From contig JAYWIR010000001.1 in the NCBI GenBank assembly GCA_036172245.1, positions 11,842,001-11,906,000 on the forward strand: 64,000 bases of DNA, written 5' to 3'. Made by a program: the position numbers and the translations under genes. Source of the DNA: Raillietiella orientalis. Taxonomy: Eukaryota. Shown here one piece after another: positions 12,300 through 23,809 of this stretch (positions are counted from its first letter, which is position 1; every line of letters begins with the position of its first letter). The notes beneath the pieces were generated by a model. The model was not told the origin of the DNA. It worked only from the letters and a program-made list of their open reading frames with translations, and did not search any database.

Positions 12300-13640
12300 C
12301 GAAGCCCTAAGGGAGGAGACCTCAGGCAGTTAAGGAACTGGCGTCCGATCACGGTGGTGAACACGGACTCCAAGTTGGTGGCTGCGGTGTGGGCTGCGCG
12401 TTTAGGACAGGTGACCAACTCCGTAATTAGCCCGGAGCAGACTTACGCTGTTCCCGGGCGAAGTATGGAGGCCGACCTTTTCTTCTCCAGCACATGGTTT
12501 CATGCGCAGAGCGAAGTCAAAAGAGCGAAAGGGAACTGTCAGCAACCCCAATTTGAGAGCGACCGCTGGGCAGAGAAGGGACAGCCTGGCGGGAAGGGAG
12601 CTCTAGCGATCGCAGGCGATCTCCATAAGGCGTTCGAATGCGTGGACCAGGAGATTCTCCTGGTGCTTCTGCATCGCATGGGCTTCCCACCTACCTTAAC
12701 GGCGTACCTGCGCTCCTGCTGGCGCGCTGCTCTGACAAACATCAGTTTCAGAGGACAAAACGTGTACGGCGTGCCCGTGCGCCGTGGGATTCAGCAGGGC
12801 GATAGCCTCAGTCCCCTGCTCTTTAGAACCTACTTTGAGTTGGTGCTGAGAGCATACAGGGAGACTTTGGCCACCCTGCCGAGATCGTGCCCCAGCACGC
12901 CTGCCGTGTCGGCGTTTGCTGACGATCTTCTGCTCCTGCTTCCCATTTCCGCCCCGGCAACGGCAGTAGAAAATTTTTTCGATCTGCTCAGGCGTGGGAA
13001 AGGACTCCGGGTCAACAGGGCAAAGTCGTCGGTAGTGGCAGTTGGAGCGACGTTGGTTGGGTGGCCTGACTGGATCCGCTTGGGGATCCCCACGGGCAGG
13101 TACTTGAAGTACCTTGATGTCCCGCTGGGGAAATTCTGCCAGGCAGAAGCATGGTCAGGTCGTCTTCAGAAAGTGAAGTTGGTGATCAGCCCGTTCCTGG
13201 AAGACAAGTTTCACTTTTCCGGAACGGGCCGCTGTAGGGAACGCGTTTGCAGCCCCCATCCTGCGCCCCTTACTTTTTGTTTGCCCTGTCCACGTGGAAA
13301 TTAATAAGAGGACAAAGGACCTCCTGCGCATCACCTTTTGGGGCAACGGGAGGCTCCGAATCCCTCTGATGGACTTGTGCGCTCCGTGTCGGGACGGCAG
13401 TCTTGGCCTCCTGACATTGGACCGGATAGAAATTCAGCTGCGATGGCGAACCTTGGCCATCGCAGCGAAGTTTTGGAGCAATTGGTGCGTTCACGGGAAG
13501 AAGATCGGAAACCCCTCGTGGGACAGGAGTTGCCGCGGACCGTCCGTATCCACACTGCCCGCGTGGGCGAGCCCGGCGAGACAGATGGTAGCAGGCCGTG
13601 CGAGGCAAAGTCAGGGCGGAAATCCGTGGTAAGGTGGGGA
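12300..13640 (+). mobile_element. Internal RT fragment of the same LINE family
   Basis: 316-aa ORF region with NWRPITVVNTDSK, DLHKAFECVD, GIQQGDSLSPLLF, SAFADDL, VNRAKS and LKYLDV. After a frameshift: RDGSLGLLTLDRIEIQLRWR. Confidence 0.92.
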
Positions 13641-13794
13641 GAAAAAAGGATGTGGCATCGAGATACTCCGAGGACCTGCCGAAGAAGGAGACTGGATCAA
13701 GAGGTTGTGGAAAGGTGGCATCCCGGGAGCTCAGGTGCACCCCGCAAAAGCTTCAGGAGACTGCCCGAGTTCAAGCCAAGTCCAGGGCTCTCGG

Positions 13795-15250
13795 GTTTTT
13801 CAACCGGGTCATTTATTATCAGAAATGGAAGTCCAGTACACTAGTGTTGCCGTGAAACACTTGGTTTGCCACTTCCGTCCAACTTTCCGATCACCGGTGC
13901 GGAGACCGGCGAGGTCCTCTCCAGCAGCGATGAGGGAGGGGAAACCGCAAAATAACAAAAGACAAAAACACAAAAAGGGGTAGAAAAGTTCTGGGAGGGA
14001 GAAAGGTGGGGAGAGACAGAGAGGGGATCTCGTTTCTCTGGGAGACGTCCTCTGAATCCTGTCTAGGATGATGACAAATGGTGTACTCATGTTGCCCAGG
14101 TAGATTCACCTCGAGGAGGTCTTCAAAAAGATCCGCGCCCAGTGGATGGCTTCCCTGCGATCCTGGCCTCTTCCTCCCGCGTTCCAGGCTGTCGCGATTC
14201 CGTAGACACTGCACAGGAATGAGAAGGATGCAGGCGGCATGCAGGAAGAGGAGTCGGAAAATGTCCCTGTAACTGCCCTCTGGGATTCCTAGGGTCGCCT
14301 CAAGGCGCTCCCCAAAGGGTCATAGAGCAGCACGGTCCAATAGCAAATGCAGGAGGGTCTCCTTCTTTCCGAACTTGTCCCATTCTAAGCTGTCCCACTC
14401 CCCTTGAGTCCAGTGGTGAAGGCGCGCTTTCAACGGGATTCCCCCATGCACCACCAGCAACGCTGACTCCCTCCACTTGAGGGAAAGGGCGCCGCCGTTC
14501 CAGCACGGTGGGGGCCTCTTCACCTCCTCAGGAGGGATCGCGAGAAGCTCGCTCCAGCGCAAAAGTGACACTAGGGACACTTTCGACGGGACACTCGGCA
14601 TCTCAGCGTCCGTGAGCTGCCGAGTTATCCATGTACTTTGCAGTTTATCTCGTCCTGCAATGCAGCAGGACACATTTCCCACCTTGTTGAAGGGTCGCTG
14701 TCCCTTGCGTCCTTTAGGGAGGGCAGCAGCACTGGGTAGGGGAGGGGAGGGATAAACGAAGCCCACACCCTGTCTGGCTTACGTGGGTTACACACGACCT
14801 CTTGCAGCGGCTGTCGAGCATATCTGCATCGCTGTAGGCAGGCTCACTCCGCCTTGCTCGAGCAGTGGGTCTTCCCCCATGAAGAAAAACTCACTCCCTG
14901 AGCCAGGAAACGCAGTTCGCGGTGAGGCATGAGATCCAGATGTTGTCCTTCTCCAAGGCAACCGTTTCCCTCGGTTGGAGGCCACAATTCCTCAAACTGG
15001 TATGGTTGGCCACGAGGACTGAAGACAGACTTTTGCAGCCGGTTGCTCTCTCGGCGAGGGGATGTACTGGAGCGCTCCAGGGCGTTTTCCATAACTTCGC
15101 CGCCTCGAGGGCGAGTCTTCTGAATCGGAGCTGGCGTTCCATCCTCTCCAGTGTGAGGTGGTCCAGTCCGCCATATTCACGCGGAGGTACACAAGTCGGA
15201 CTCCGTGTCCCCACATGGCTTTCCTCAGGTCCTCGTTCCTTCTGAGGTTT
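13795..15250 (-). mobile_element. 3' ~1.45 kb fragment of the same LINE family
   Basis: REYGGLDHLTLERMERQLRFRRLALEAAKLW matches the post-RT segment of the copies at 13.4 and 45.4 kb. The downstream region matches 38.35-38.55 kb and 46.05-46.15 kb. T-rich UTR on the minus strand (13945-13985) and AATAAA-TGA-CCCGG remnant at ~13803-13817. Confidence 0.85.
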
Positions 15251-15320
15251 GATGGCAGGGGGGAGGAGGGGGCAGCAGAACAAACACAATTCTGTCTCGT
15301 GATGGAAGGCAACATCCGTA

Positions 15321-15365
15321 ATTATTATTATTATTGCTATTATTATTGGATGCTGCTTTATTATT
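15321..15365. repeat. Imperfect (TAT)n microsatellite
   Basis: Directly visible inside GC-rich DNA, close to the 5' truncation point of the 13.8-15.25 kb LINE copy. Confidence 0.8.
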
Positions 15366-17434
15366 GGACGGGGAAAAATAATGAAGACCACCCATCGTGC
15401 TCCTGGGTGGGGCGGATGACCAGCGACAACTGCAGGAGCCGTGGACACGGGTTGCGAGCTCCTGTGTGTGTCGTGGAAAGAAATAGACGACCTCTGTGCG
15501 GTTTCGACTGCCCTTCTCTTTGCGCTGAAGGCCACGAATTCACGAGAGCCACCTGCCAGGCTGGGGAAAATCGAGGAAGGGCTAGGCAACTCCGGGAAGT
15601 ACAGGAAACGCCTCGGGAGCTCTGTTCGGGGAACGACCACTCGTTTCGGTGGCTCACAGCTCCCGTCACGTCCATGGAAAAAGGTTCCCCACGAGCTAGG
15701 GCGGCTGCTCTTCCTCGGATGACTCCAGGTCTGGTCGCCCTGCTCCCAGCCCTCTGGAGTTCGAGCTGGGGGAAATTTTTGAATGTGAAGGTGCGTGGTC
15801 CAGGCACAGGTCTTGCCGATGGGCATAGAAGAGGAGGAGAGATTCGAAGAATCCGACGGACGGAATGAAAGACTAAGAACAGGGAGGGCTGTTTGCAGGA
15901 CGTGCGCCCACATTCCTGATCCCCGATTGGGAACTCGGGAGGAAACGCGTTCTTTCCCGAATAAGGGGCTTGCCGAAGAGCCACTGAAGCTGCGGCGAGA
16001 TGGAGAAACCGGAACATCTGCCACCCTGCCTAGATAGGAAAACAGAGAGCAAGGAAAAAGGGATTTTCCGCAAGCCGCATTAGAAAGACGCAGCTCGAGA
16101 GGGGAGGGGGGGGGGGAACTGGCTGCTCTGTTTTTTTGTGTGTGTTTATACCCATACGGGAGAAATGCGTTCCCTGACCCTGTCCTCCCTTCTCCCCGAA
16201 GAGCAAAACTCTCCTGTACGGCCGCGCCTCAGCGGCGACATCTGCCGGATGCTTCCTCTCCTCTCCTCTTTTCCGATCCAATCACTTATCGGGATCCAGG
16301 AGAATCCATCCCGCAGCAGCCTCTCCAGACGGCGAGGTTCTTCGCAGCTTACCTACGATCGATCGGGCAAAAGGCGGGAGAGCCGTCCGCTGGCAGAAAA
16401 ACCGAAGGAGGGAGTCCGCGTGGAGCATCCGTTCCCGCTGCGTGGCTCGCCCTCGTGAGCGAACGGTCGCAGGATGCATGGAGACCCGACGAGGACGCAT
16501 CTGCACAAGAAAGAGTCGATGCCGAGGCCGTCCGTAGCCGACCGACCGGCGTCTCCTGCTTTTCCTATCCGCCTCCCCGGGGATGTGTCCGCCACGAACG
16601 AACTGCAGAATGTGGACGGGAAAGCATCCTTGACCCCTTGACGGCGACCGGAGAACACGTGGAGAAGAGGGGGAGGGGAGAGTGGGCAACCAAAGTGGCT
16701 ACTGCGGTGACGCTAAAAGGGTTATTCCGCCGCGAACTGAGCTGGAGCGCACCGAAAGTTTGCAAATTACAAAAATGCCAGTTTGATCATCTCGTTGGTA
16801 TGCCCTTACTATATTATTGGTTTATTAATTATTTATCATCAATCTTCATATTTGGGTTATTACATTACTTAAAGCATATCGTTCTAAACCTTCAAAATGT
16901 TATTGTAAACATAAAATATCAAGTGTAACATAAAACGTTCCATTAATTAATAATCACTTTCGATTGATTATTAATTAATAAATAATTACTTTTTTAAAAA
17001 TATAGACTGTAAGATGAAGTGCGATTGTCACTTGAAATTACATTGAGAGATATTTTTGTAATAAAATACAAAAATTAGCGTCCATAAAAATCAGTTAGTT
17101 CTGCCTTTTAGAAGAATTGTCCTTTTAGAGGAGGACAGGGGGGAGACATCGATGAAGCGGGTTAGATGGGAGAGATCTGAATTAGCCGCAGGCGTCTTCT
17201 TCCTGTCTGCTGAAACGTGGTGCTAGTTGGTCAGACCGAACCCTCCTCGGTCATGAGGGACGGGTGGAGAACGGTGAGTTCCGTCTGTGCCTGCGGCGTG
17301 ACCAGGAGCCGCAACTCGATCATCCTGATAGCCCCTTCCCGGCTTCCTTCTCTTCAAAAGCGGCGCGACCACCAAGTGTTCCGCAGATACCTTCCAGTAA
17401 AGCTGGTGGGGAGTCACGAGGTCACGGTCTCTAC

Positions 17435-18092
17435 CAAGCGTCGCGGGTTCGAATTCCTCCCGCGAGATGACGCTGGCCGGCCTCTGTTCATTCGGATGCG
17501 GCGCTGGTAGCGGTTCAAACCGGAGGTTACCGATGAGTGGCCCGGATCGGGAATCGACCTCCGGATCCTTCCGGAAAACGGAATCAAGGAGTGGGTAGTT
17601 CCCCTCCAGTCGTGCAAAGGAACGGACCCTCCCATTCCCTTCGGAGACCCTGCGTCTCGTACCATGGAGCCACCTCTCCAGAGTGTGTAAAGAAGCGTGC
17701 CGTCCCCTCCAGGGAGCACCCTTCGGAGAAATTTCGGGAGCATTACTTCGAGGACCTAACAGGAGCAATTCCTTTGCCAGGTGTCCCTCCGGAGAAGAAA
17801 AATGGAGGGGACCCCTTCGGGGATCCCTCCCCAGGAGTGAGAGCCCTTTCCGGATTCATAAGGCGGTCGCCTCCCAGGACACCCCCTATCTTGAAGGATT
17901 ACACATCCCCTCGGGTGATGTGGAACGGTGTCAAAGAGCTGCGTGAGCCGCTACCAGGCGCATGACGGCAGTTCTTGAGGTACTCAGCAGACCCCTCCAA
18001 AAAAAAGAAAACCCGAAAGAAAAGAAAGCAAGAAAGGCTGGAAGGAAAACGGTGAAGACAGAAAAGAACCCAGAAGGATTTCCCATCATCCA
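17435..18092 (+). repeat. Family A copy 2
   Basis: Head CAAGCGTCGCGGGTTCGAATTCC...AGATGACGCTGG, AATCAAGGAGTGGG, CCCTTCGGAGA units, TCAAAGAGC, TCTTGAGGTACT, A-rich tract, and GGATTTCCCATCATCCAA. Confidence 0.8.
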
Positions 18093-19618
18093 AACTGCGG
18101 ACGCGACTCTGAGGTCCCCTTCCAAGGGCTTCCTGGTCGCGTTCTATCTCCGTGGGTGACTGGAGTCCTCCTTTGCCGGTCGCCCCCTCCCTCACTCTGG
18201 GTAGCTGGAACCGTGATCGCAGTAGCCGGCTCCCCCTAGGGCTTTCCTTTTCTACCCTTGCCTCGAAGACGCAGGCGGAGATCGCCGCTTCGTGCCTCTC
18301 GAGGACAGCGACAGGAGCTTCCGGAATCGACCTGGGATTGTTCTCAGGTGACCTTTCGCAGAGTGAGCGTGTTGAGATGCGAATCTTCCACACTGTGTTG
18401 GTTGCTTCTTCCGCTCTGCGGTCAAGTGATCCCCTCTCTCTTGGGTGCCGTTTGCGCCTGCAGGCTTCACTGCATCGGCTGCCGCCTCGTTCGTGGTTAA
18501 AACACGCGAGTGGACGAATGTGGAACCTCGAGAATATAAAATAAGAGCGAATCTGCTCTGAAAGTCCTTCTGCTCTTTTCGAGAAGCAGGGACGGAGTTT
18601 GTTTGTTTCATCTCCCGAGTAGCACTGGTTTTCTATCCAGGCTTACTTCGTGAGAGGCAACAAAAACATTTCCTGTTGCCCTCTCACTTGCCTACTATCA
18701 CCTCGCGTCCCAGGCAAAAACACATCACCGCAGGCACTGCTGCTTTGCATGCTGCTTTAAATCTCGCGTTACGAACTGCGAATGAGCACACGGTCAGCTC
18801 CCCGGAACTCATCTGCCTCGTACAGAACGATTAGAGGTTCTAATGATGATGACACCTATAACAGCATTTTGTTGGTTCCTAGGCGGGGATCGACGGATCC
18901 CCACTTTCGATCGAATGTCGCCGGCTCTTTTTGTAAATTTCTCTGGGAAGAAAAAGTTCATTCCGGATTCAGATCTCTCCAATAAAAAGCCTTTTCAGTT
19001 AACTTCGAGTCAAATAAACTGGGGTTTTCAAAATAGGTCGTTCCTGCATCGGAGTTGGATTACTAGCTCCTCCTGGCTCGATTTGTAGACTGTGACGTTC
19101 CCCAATATTTGAAACACGAGAACTTTTTTCCAAGGAAAATTTGCTTTTTTTCAATTCACGACGTATTTTCTCCCTTCTTTCTTTTCGCTTCGTAGTTTAG
19201 TGTGAACGAAGAATGCTTCCGCAGCAAATTCTCAAAATAACCAGATTAGAGAGAGAGAAAAAGGAGAGAGAAAAAAGAATTTGCCTTAATTTTCATGCGG
19301 TTGATTTGAATTGTATGAGTTTTGATCTTAAAGAATGCTGTATTGATTTCTCTGTGTTGTTTGTAGGTATCCCGGCTATAAAGCAAAAGGCTTAAACACA
19401 ACTTTTGCAGCCATTAAGCACAAGTCATTTCATGATTATTGTGGCAATTAATATGCGTCATAAAACAAGGTCAAAATCTTTTTGTTCCTCCTAGTAAAAA
19501 TAAAAACCAAAACTTAAGAAAGCAACATGCGATCTATTGCTTAGCGGAAGTTATTTAACATGTTCAAAAAATTCAGCAACTGAGCACTTGCATGGTTGCA
19601 AGAAAAACACCAGAAAAG

Positions 19619-19775
19619 CATTAATGATAGTCTTAAAGTGAAATGAAGTCGCCGCTAGATATTATGACTGGGGAGAAGGCAAAGCTTGAACAATTCATGA
19701 GATAAAGCCGTCATTTCAGCCTCTCCCAATCATGTCAAGAGGCCACTTCATTTGACTTTCAGACTATCATTAATG
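19619..19775. repeat. ~157-bp imperfect palindrome (MITE-like / foldback)
   Basis: CATTAATGATAGTCT...AAAGTGAAATGAAGT pairs with ACTTCATTTGACTTT...AGACTATCATTAATG. The inner arms ATGACTGGGGAG and CTCTCCCAATCAT also pair imperfectly. Confidence 0.75.
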
Positions 19776-20119
19776 TTAACTGTTGTTGTTTCCGCTATTC
19801 GTGGACTCTTAATGCATGAGTGAACCAAATGCCGTTTTCGGTTTTGTTAAGTTCATTTCGACGGTAATCTCTTTTACAGAAAGAACAAGGTATTCTGTTT
19901 GGTCTTTTCTTGAGAGTTTACAAATGACTTTATCATTTTGATAATGCTTGTATTGTAAAATAAAAACCTGACTGTGGTGACCATTTGTGAATCTCTCTAG
20001 AAGATGGTAACGCTCAGGGAGGACGATGCTTCAGTTTTCAGGTGTGCATCAAGTTCATACATTTTGCTGAAGCTCAAAAGGACAGTCTGAACGTTTACAA
20101 GTTAAGTGGAGCTTCACTA

Positions 20120-20620
20120 TCAGTCCTGCTGAAGACCGCTTTGCATTGGAATATCCATTACAAGAGAATTTGAATTTTTGCTGCTACTGTTGTGAGCTAA
20201 TTCAAAAACAGATCTTTTGTAGATGAAATTCCACAAACGTCCTCTAATGTCCACGTCTTCAACTTGAGGTTGCATTTCTTTTGCTATGCATAGGACACTC
20301 ATTTCCCATTGGTTTTCGAAAGACCGTACTGTGTTCAGTTTAATTTGAAGTTTTTTAACGTACGGTGTCGATACTCTATAAACATGATTCATAAATTGAG
20401 ATGCCCCATTGAATAAAAATGCCCGAAGAATCATTTGAGAAATTTGCAAACATAATTTGTGTATTCTCGAGGAGTTCTCCGCGAATCCGAGTCCGTACCA
20501 TAAGAAATTTCCATTACAGAAACTTTTTCCAAGGATGTCGTGGTGGTATATACATAATTGGATACTTTTGGTGCCTTTCATCCACGTGTTTACTTGAAAT
20601 GTCAATGAATTGACCGTATT
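20120..20620 (-). CDS. Possible terminal exon of an unknown gene divergent from the choline kinase
   Basis: A 161-codon open frame in AT-rich DNA where long ORFs are rare. A candidate CAG acceptor lies near 20620 and short candidate exons lie at ~20790-21000. No recognisable domain. Confidence 0.3.
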   Translation of the reverse strand, partial: NTVNSLTFQVNTWMKGTKSIQLCIYHHDILGKSFCNGNFLWYGLGFAENSSRIHKLCLQISQMILRAFLFNGASQFMNHVYRVSTPYVKKLQIKLNTVRSFENQWEMSVLCIAKEMQPQVEDVDIRGRLWNFIYKRSVFELAHNSSSKNSNSLVMDIPMQSGLQQD

Positions 20621-21263
20621 CTGTGTGCTTTCTTAGCGGTTTTTTGTTCTGGGGATTTTTTTTTTCTTTCTTTTTCTCCTTCTATCGACAGATAAATGCT
20701 GTTTATCTTTGCAACCATTGCAGAAATTTACATTTGATAAGCACTGTGCTGAAATTCCTTCACACCCGTACCATTGGTACCTAAAGGATACACACGGACA
20801 CTATTGCTTCAGTGTTGGTGTTCACGTGAATGGTTTGTTGTGGTAATCTGCGAATCACATTTTTGCCCATACATGCCAGATGCATACAACCCTAAGCAGA
20901 ACGAGGTGTATGTGTAGTGTGTTGTCAACCATAGGTACATATGCCGTACGTTTACTGTACAATATCGAAAAAGTGTCAAAGAGTTTGTCGATGAGTATGC
21001 CCATTAAAATTGACAAAAAGGTATGTGTTCACAGTAAATTCAAAGTTCTTCTCATTCAAAGTATTTGCCATCGTAATATCAAAACTAAGACATACCAGTT
21101 AAATGATGCAGATGACTTGCTGATGCAATTTGATATGAGATTCTTAGGAAATATCATATGACTAGTCGGGGTATAAAATAAAGTGTGTGCTTTAATATTA
21201 ATCATATGTAAGATTTTGGAATGAAATCGGTTGGCTTTGTGATTTGTGAATTATTTTTTCAAG

Positions 21264-22963
21264 ATGAACCATGTTACTCAAGAAATTAAAGAAAAAACCA
21301 TTAGAGTGTGTTCTGAGTTCCTCAGTGGAGTATGGAAAAAGGTTTCCTTTACAGATGTCATCATTAAGAAAATAAGGTTGGTTTGCCTGTTTGATTGCAA
21401 TGAACGTAATAAGTGAATCTGTTGTATCCGTATGGTTGGAACATTTAAATATTCACAAAAAAAAAAAAAAGAAGAGTAGGAAAAAAACAAAACAAAATGT
21501 CGTAAAGTCTACCAAACAACAGCATTTCAGTTTACCTTGAAACATGTATACTTGTTTCAAATTCATATTATGCTTAAGAGTGCCCAAGTTTTTTTGATCC
21601 ATTCTAGAAGTATCGATTTCATTTTTCGCATTTTGAGTTGCATGTTTGCTTATGTTATTTCTTAGTCTGTTCTATTGAGGAACTGCACTCTTCAACACTT
21701 TTGGTGCTTTATGCAGAGAAATAAGGTCGGAGGTAATGGGAATTTATGTCTGCAGCCTCTGCAGACATAATTCCCCATGCTGGGAATCAGGACAGGTGGG
21801 CTGCTTTGGGAACTTGAGTCAATATTAATAATTTGTGTGCTAATACATGTCATTATGTACTGTCATTTTGCTAATGCTAATCAGAATGTTGGCAGTACTG
21901 GTTCTAGCAACCACATGTATCACTGCTGCCTATCCACCTGTATCAAGCCAGAGGGTAAGGAACCATTTGAAGTGCTTGTACGATTGTTCGGCAGCTCACG
22001 AGATGCTGACAGAGTATCAAATCTCATTCATGAGACTGTAATTGTGACCTACTTAGCTGAGAGAAACTTAGCACCAAAAATTTACGGAATATTTCCTGAA
22101 GGCAGAATTGAAGAATACATTCCGGTAGGCTGTAGTGGATTTAAAGGATTGTTAATTCTGATATCTTAGTCCAGATCATTAAGTTACAAAGAGATGTCCT
22201 ACTATCCCATCTCAAAAGAAGTAGCCAGGAAGCTGGGACGACTACATGCTCTGCAGCTTCCTATTCGCAAGGAACCCCATAGTTTCTGGCAAAGGCTGAC
22301 TGGATGGCTTTCTCGTGCTTCCATATATTTGCCCTCCTCATGTGATTTGTTGCAGGAATTGGCATGGCTTCGCACAGCCATCCATAGGAGTGCATCTCCC
22401 ATTGTATTTTGCCATAATGACTTGAATGAAGGCAATATTCTGCTGGAGAATGGAAGTACTTTGGAAGAACCTGTTCTTCACTTTATTGATTTCGAATTCT
22501 GTGCATATGGCTATCGAGGGTTTGATTTGGCTAACCACTTATGTGAACGATGTATTGACAATAATTATCCTGATTTTCCTCATTTCAAGCTTCTACCTGA
22601 GAGCTTTCCTAATCATGAAGAACAAGTAAGAATGAGTACTCTATTCAGAAAATCTTTCATATCCTTTTTCACAGCTAGCATTTATCAAGGAATATTTAAA
22701 TAGTTGGCAGCAGCGCACTGGAGGAGCTCCTGAAAGGCCAGAAAAAGTTTTGGAAGAACTGCCTATATTCATATTATTGTCACACTTTTTTTGGGCTATG
22801 TGGGCAGCTTGTAGTATCCAGCACCAGTGTCAGTTTGGGTTCCAGGTAAGCAAACAAGGAAAATTCTGGAACAGAAGATAGGATGTGCAATCAGGAATAT
22901 GCTGCAATGCGCCTGGATCTCTATTTGTTGGGCAAAAGAAACTTGCTGCAAGGGATGAACTAA
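21264..22963 (+). CDS. Choline/ethanolamine kinase; join(21264..21376,21896..22124,22170..22625,22675..22845,22895..22963)
   Basis: Spliced by hand with GT-AG introns of 519, 45, 49 and 49 nt, giving a continuous frame. Family motifs present: LAPKIYGIFPEGRIEEYIPSRSL, Brenner motif VFCHNDLNEGNILL, choline kinase motif IDFEFCAYGYRGFDLANH, and C-terminal SHFFWAMWA...FGFQEYAAMRL. Confidence 0.95.
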
Positions 22964-23809
22964 TATATGGTGTCTTGGGGATGCTGAAAAGCTATCTGAA
23001 GAAAGGACTTGGGCACTTGCCCTACATGTCCTTCCTTTGATGCCCACAGCCAATCTTTGTCAATCCAACCAAACACTTGAAGACAATCCCCAGCCTGAAA
23101 GAAGCATTGCTGCTTTTCCTTTTCTTATAAGCATTAAGTTTTACCTTGAAAGACAAATCATTGGGCACTTCAGCTTGAAAGTCATAGAGAGCTTTTGCAG
23201 TCTGTGGAATATGGCCCAGAATGCTTACATGATTGGATGGGAAGACACCTTCTTTCTCTGCAGTACATCCCCAGATCCAGTCAGCATTGATGATTTCCTT
23301 TATTTCAACCAGATCTCCCTCCTTCAAATCTCAGTCATCAGTCAGTAAATGGCACTAAGCTGCCATACTTGCAGTTCTAGGTCATGAGGCTCTGTTGCAA
23401 TAAATCTGTATTGTGCAATACCATAAAGTGTCGTTGCTGCCTTTGGAGTTCCAGGAACTCGGTGTTGCAGTTTGGCTGGTTTTGGCGGTACTGGAGGTTT
23501 GCTCTTGCTGATAGAAGAACCAGTTGGGTCTACTGCACCATTGTAATCAAAAAGAAAATCGGTAGGACCCGCGTTTTTTGAAGTGAATGGCCCCTTTTGT
23601 GGATTTTCTTTAACGCATTCACTTTCGAAATCAATGAGCCGTTGCGTTTGCCTTTTCAAACGGTTTCTGGGCAAAGGTATCGGAGGATTTTCAGCTTGCG
23701 TAGCATTGGTTTGTACACACTCAGGAGTACGAGGAAGCTTCGTTGGAGCCTGCGCCATTGTTTCTTCTATTGGAACATAGAAGATACTTTGTGACCTTTT
23801 CCTTTCCAT
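22960..23809 (-). CDS. Proline-rich protein with two C-terminal SH3 domains (SH3D19-like adaptor); complement(join(22960..23094,23145..23321,23369..23809)), 250 aa; further 5' exons possible
   Basis: SH3 motifs AQYRFIATEPHDLELQEGDLV...DWIWG...GVFPSNHV and KALYDFQAEVPNDLSFKAGD...DWLWA...GQVPKSFL. PxxP motifs (KPPVPPKP, PPIPLPR) in the N-terminal part. GT-AG introns of 47 and 50 nt keep the frame. Stop TAG at 22962-22960. Confidence 0.88.

Noticed and set aside
14891-16024. 377-aa ORF as a real gene
   Set aside because: Chance read-through of unrelated DNA, a (TAT)n microsatellite and a LINE ORF2 fragment.
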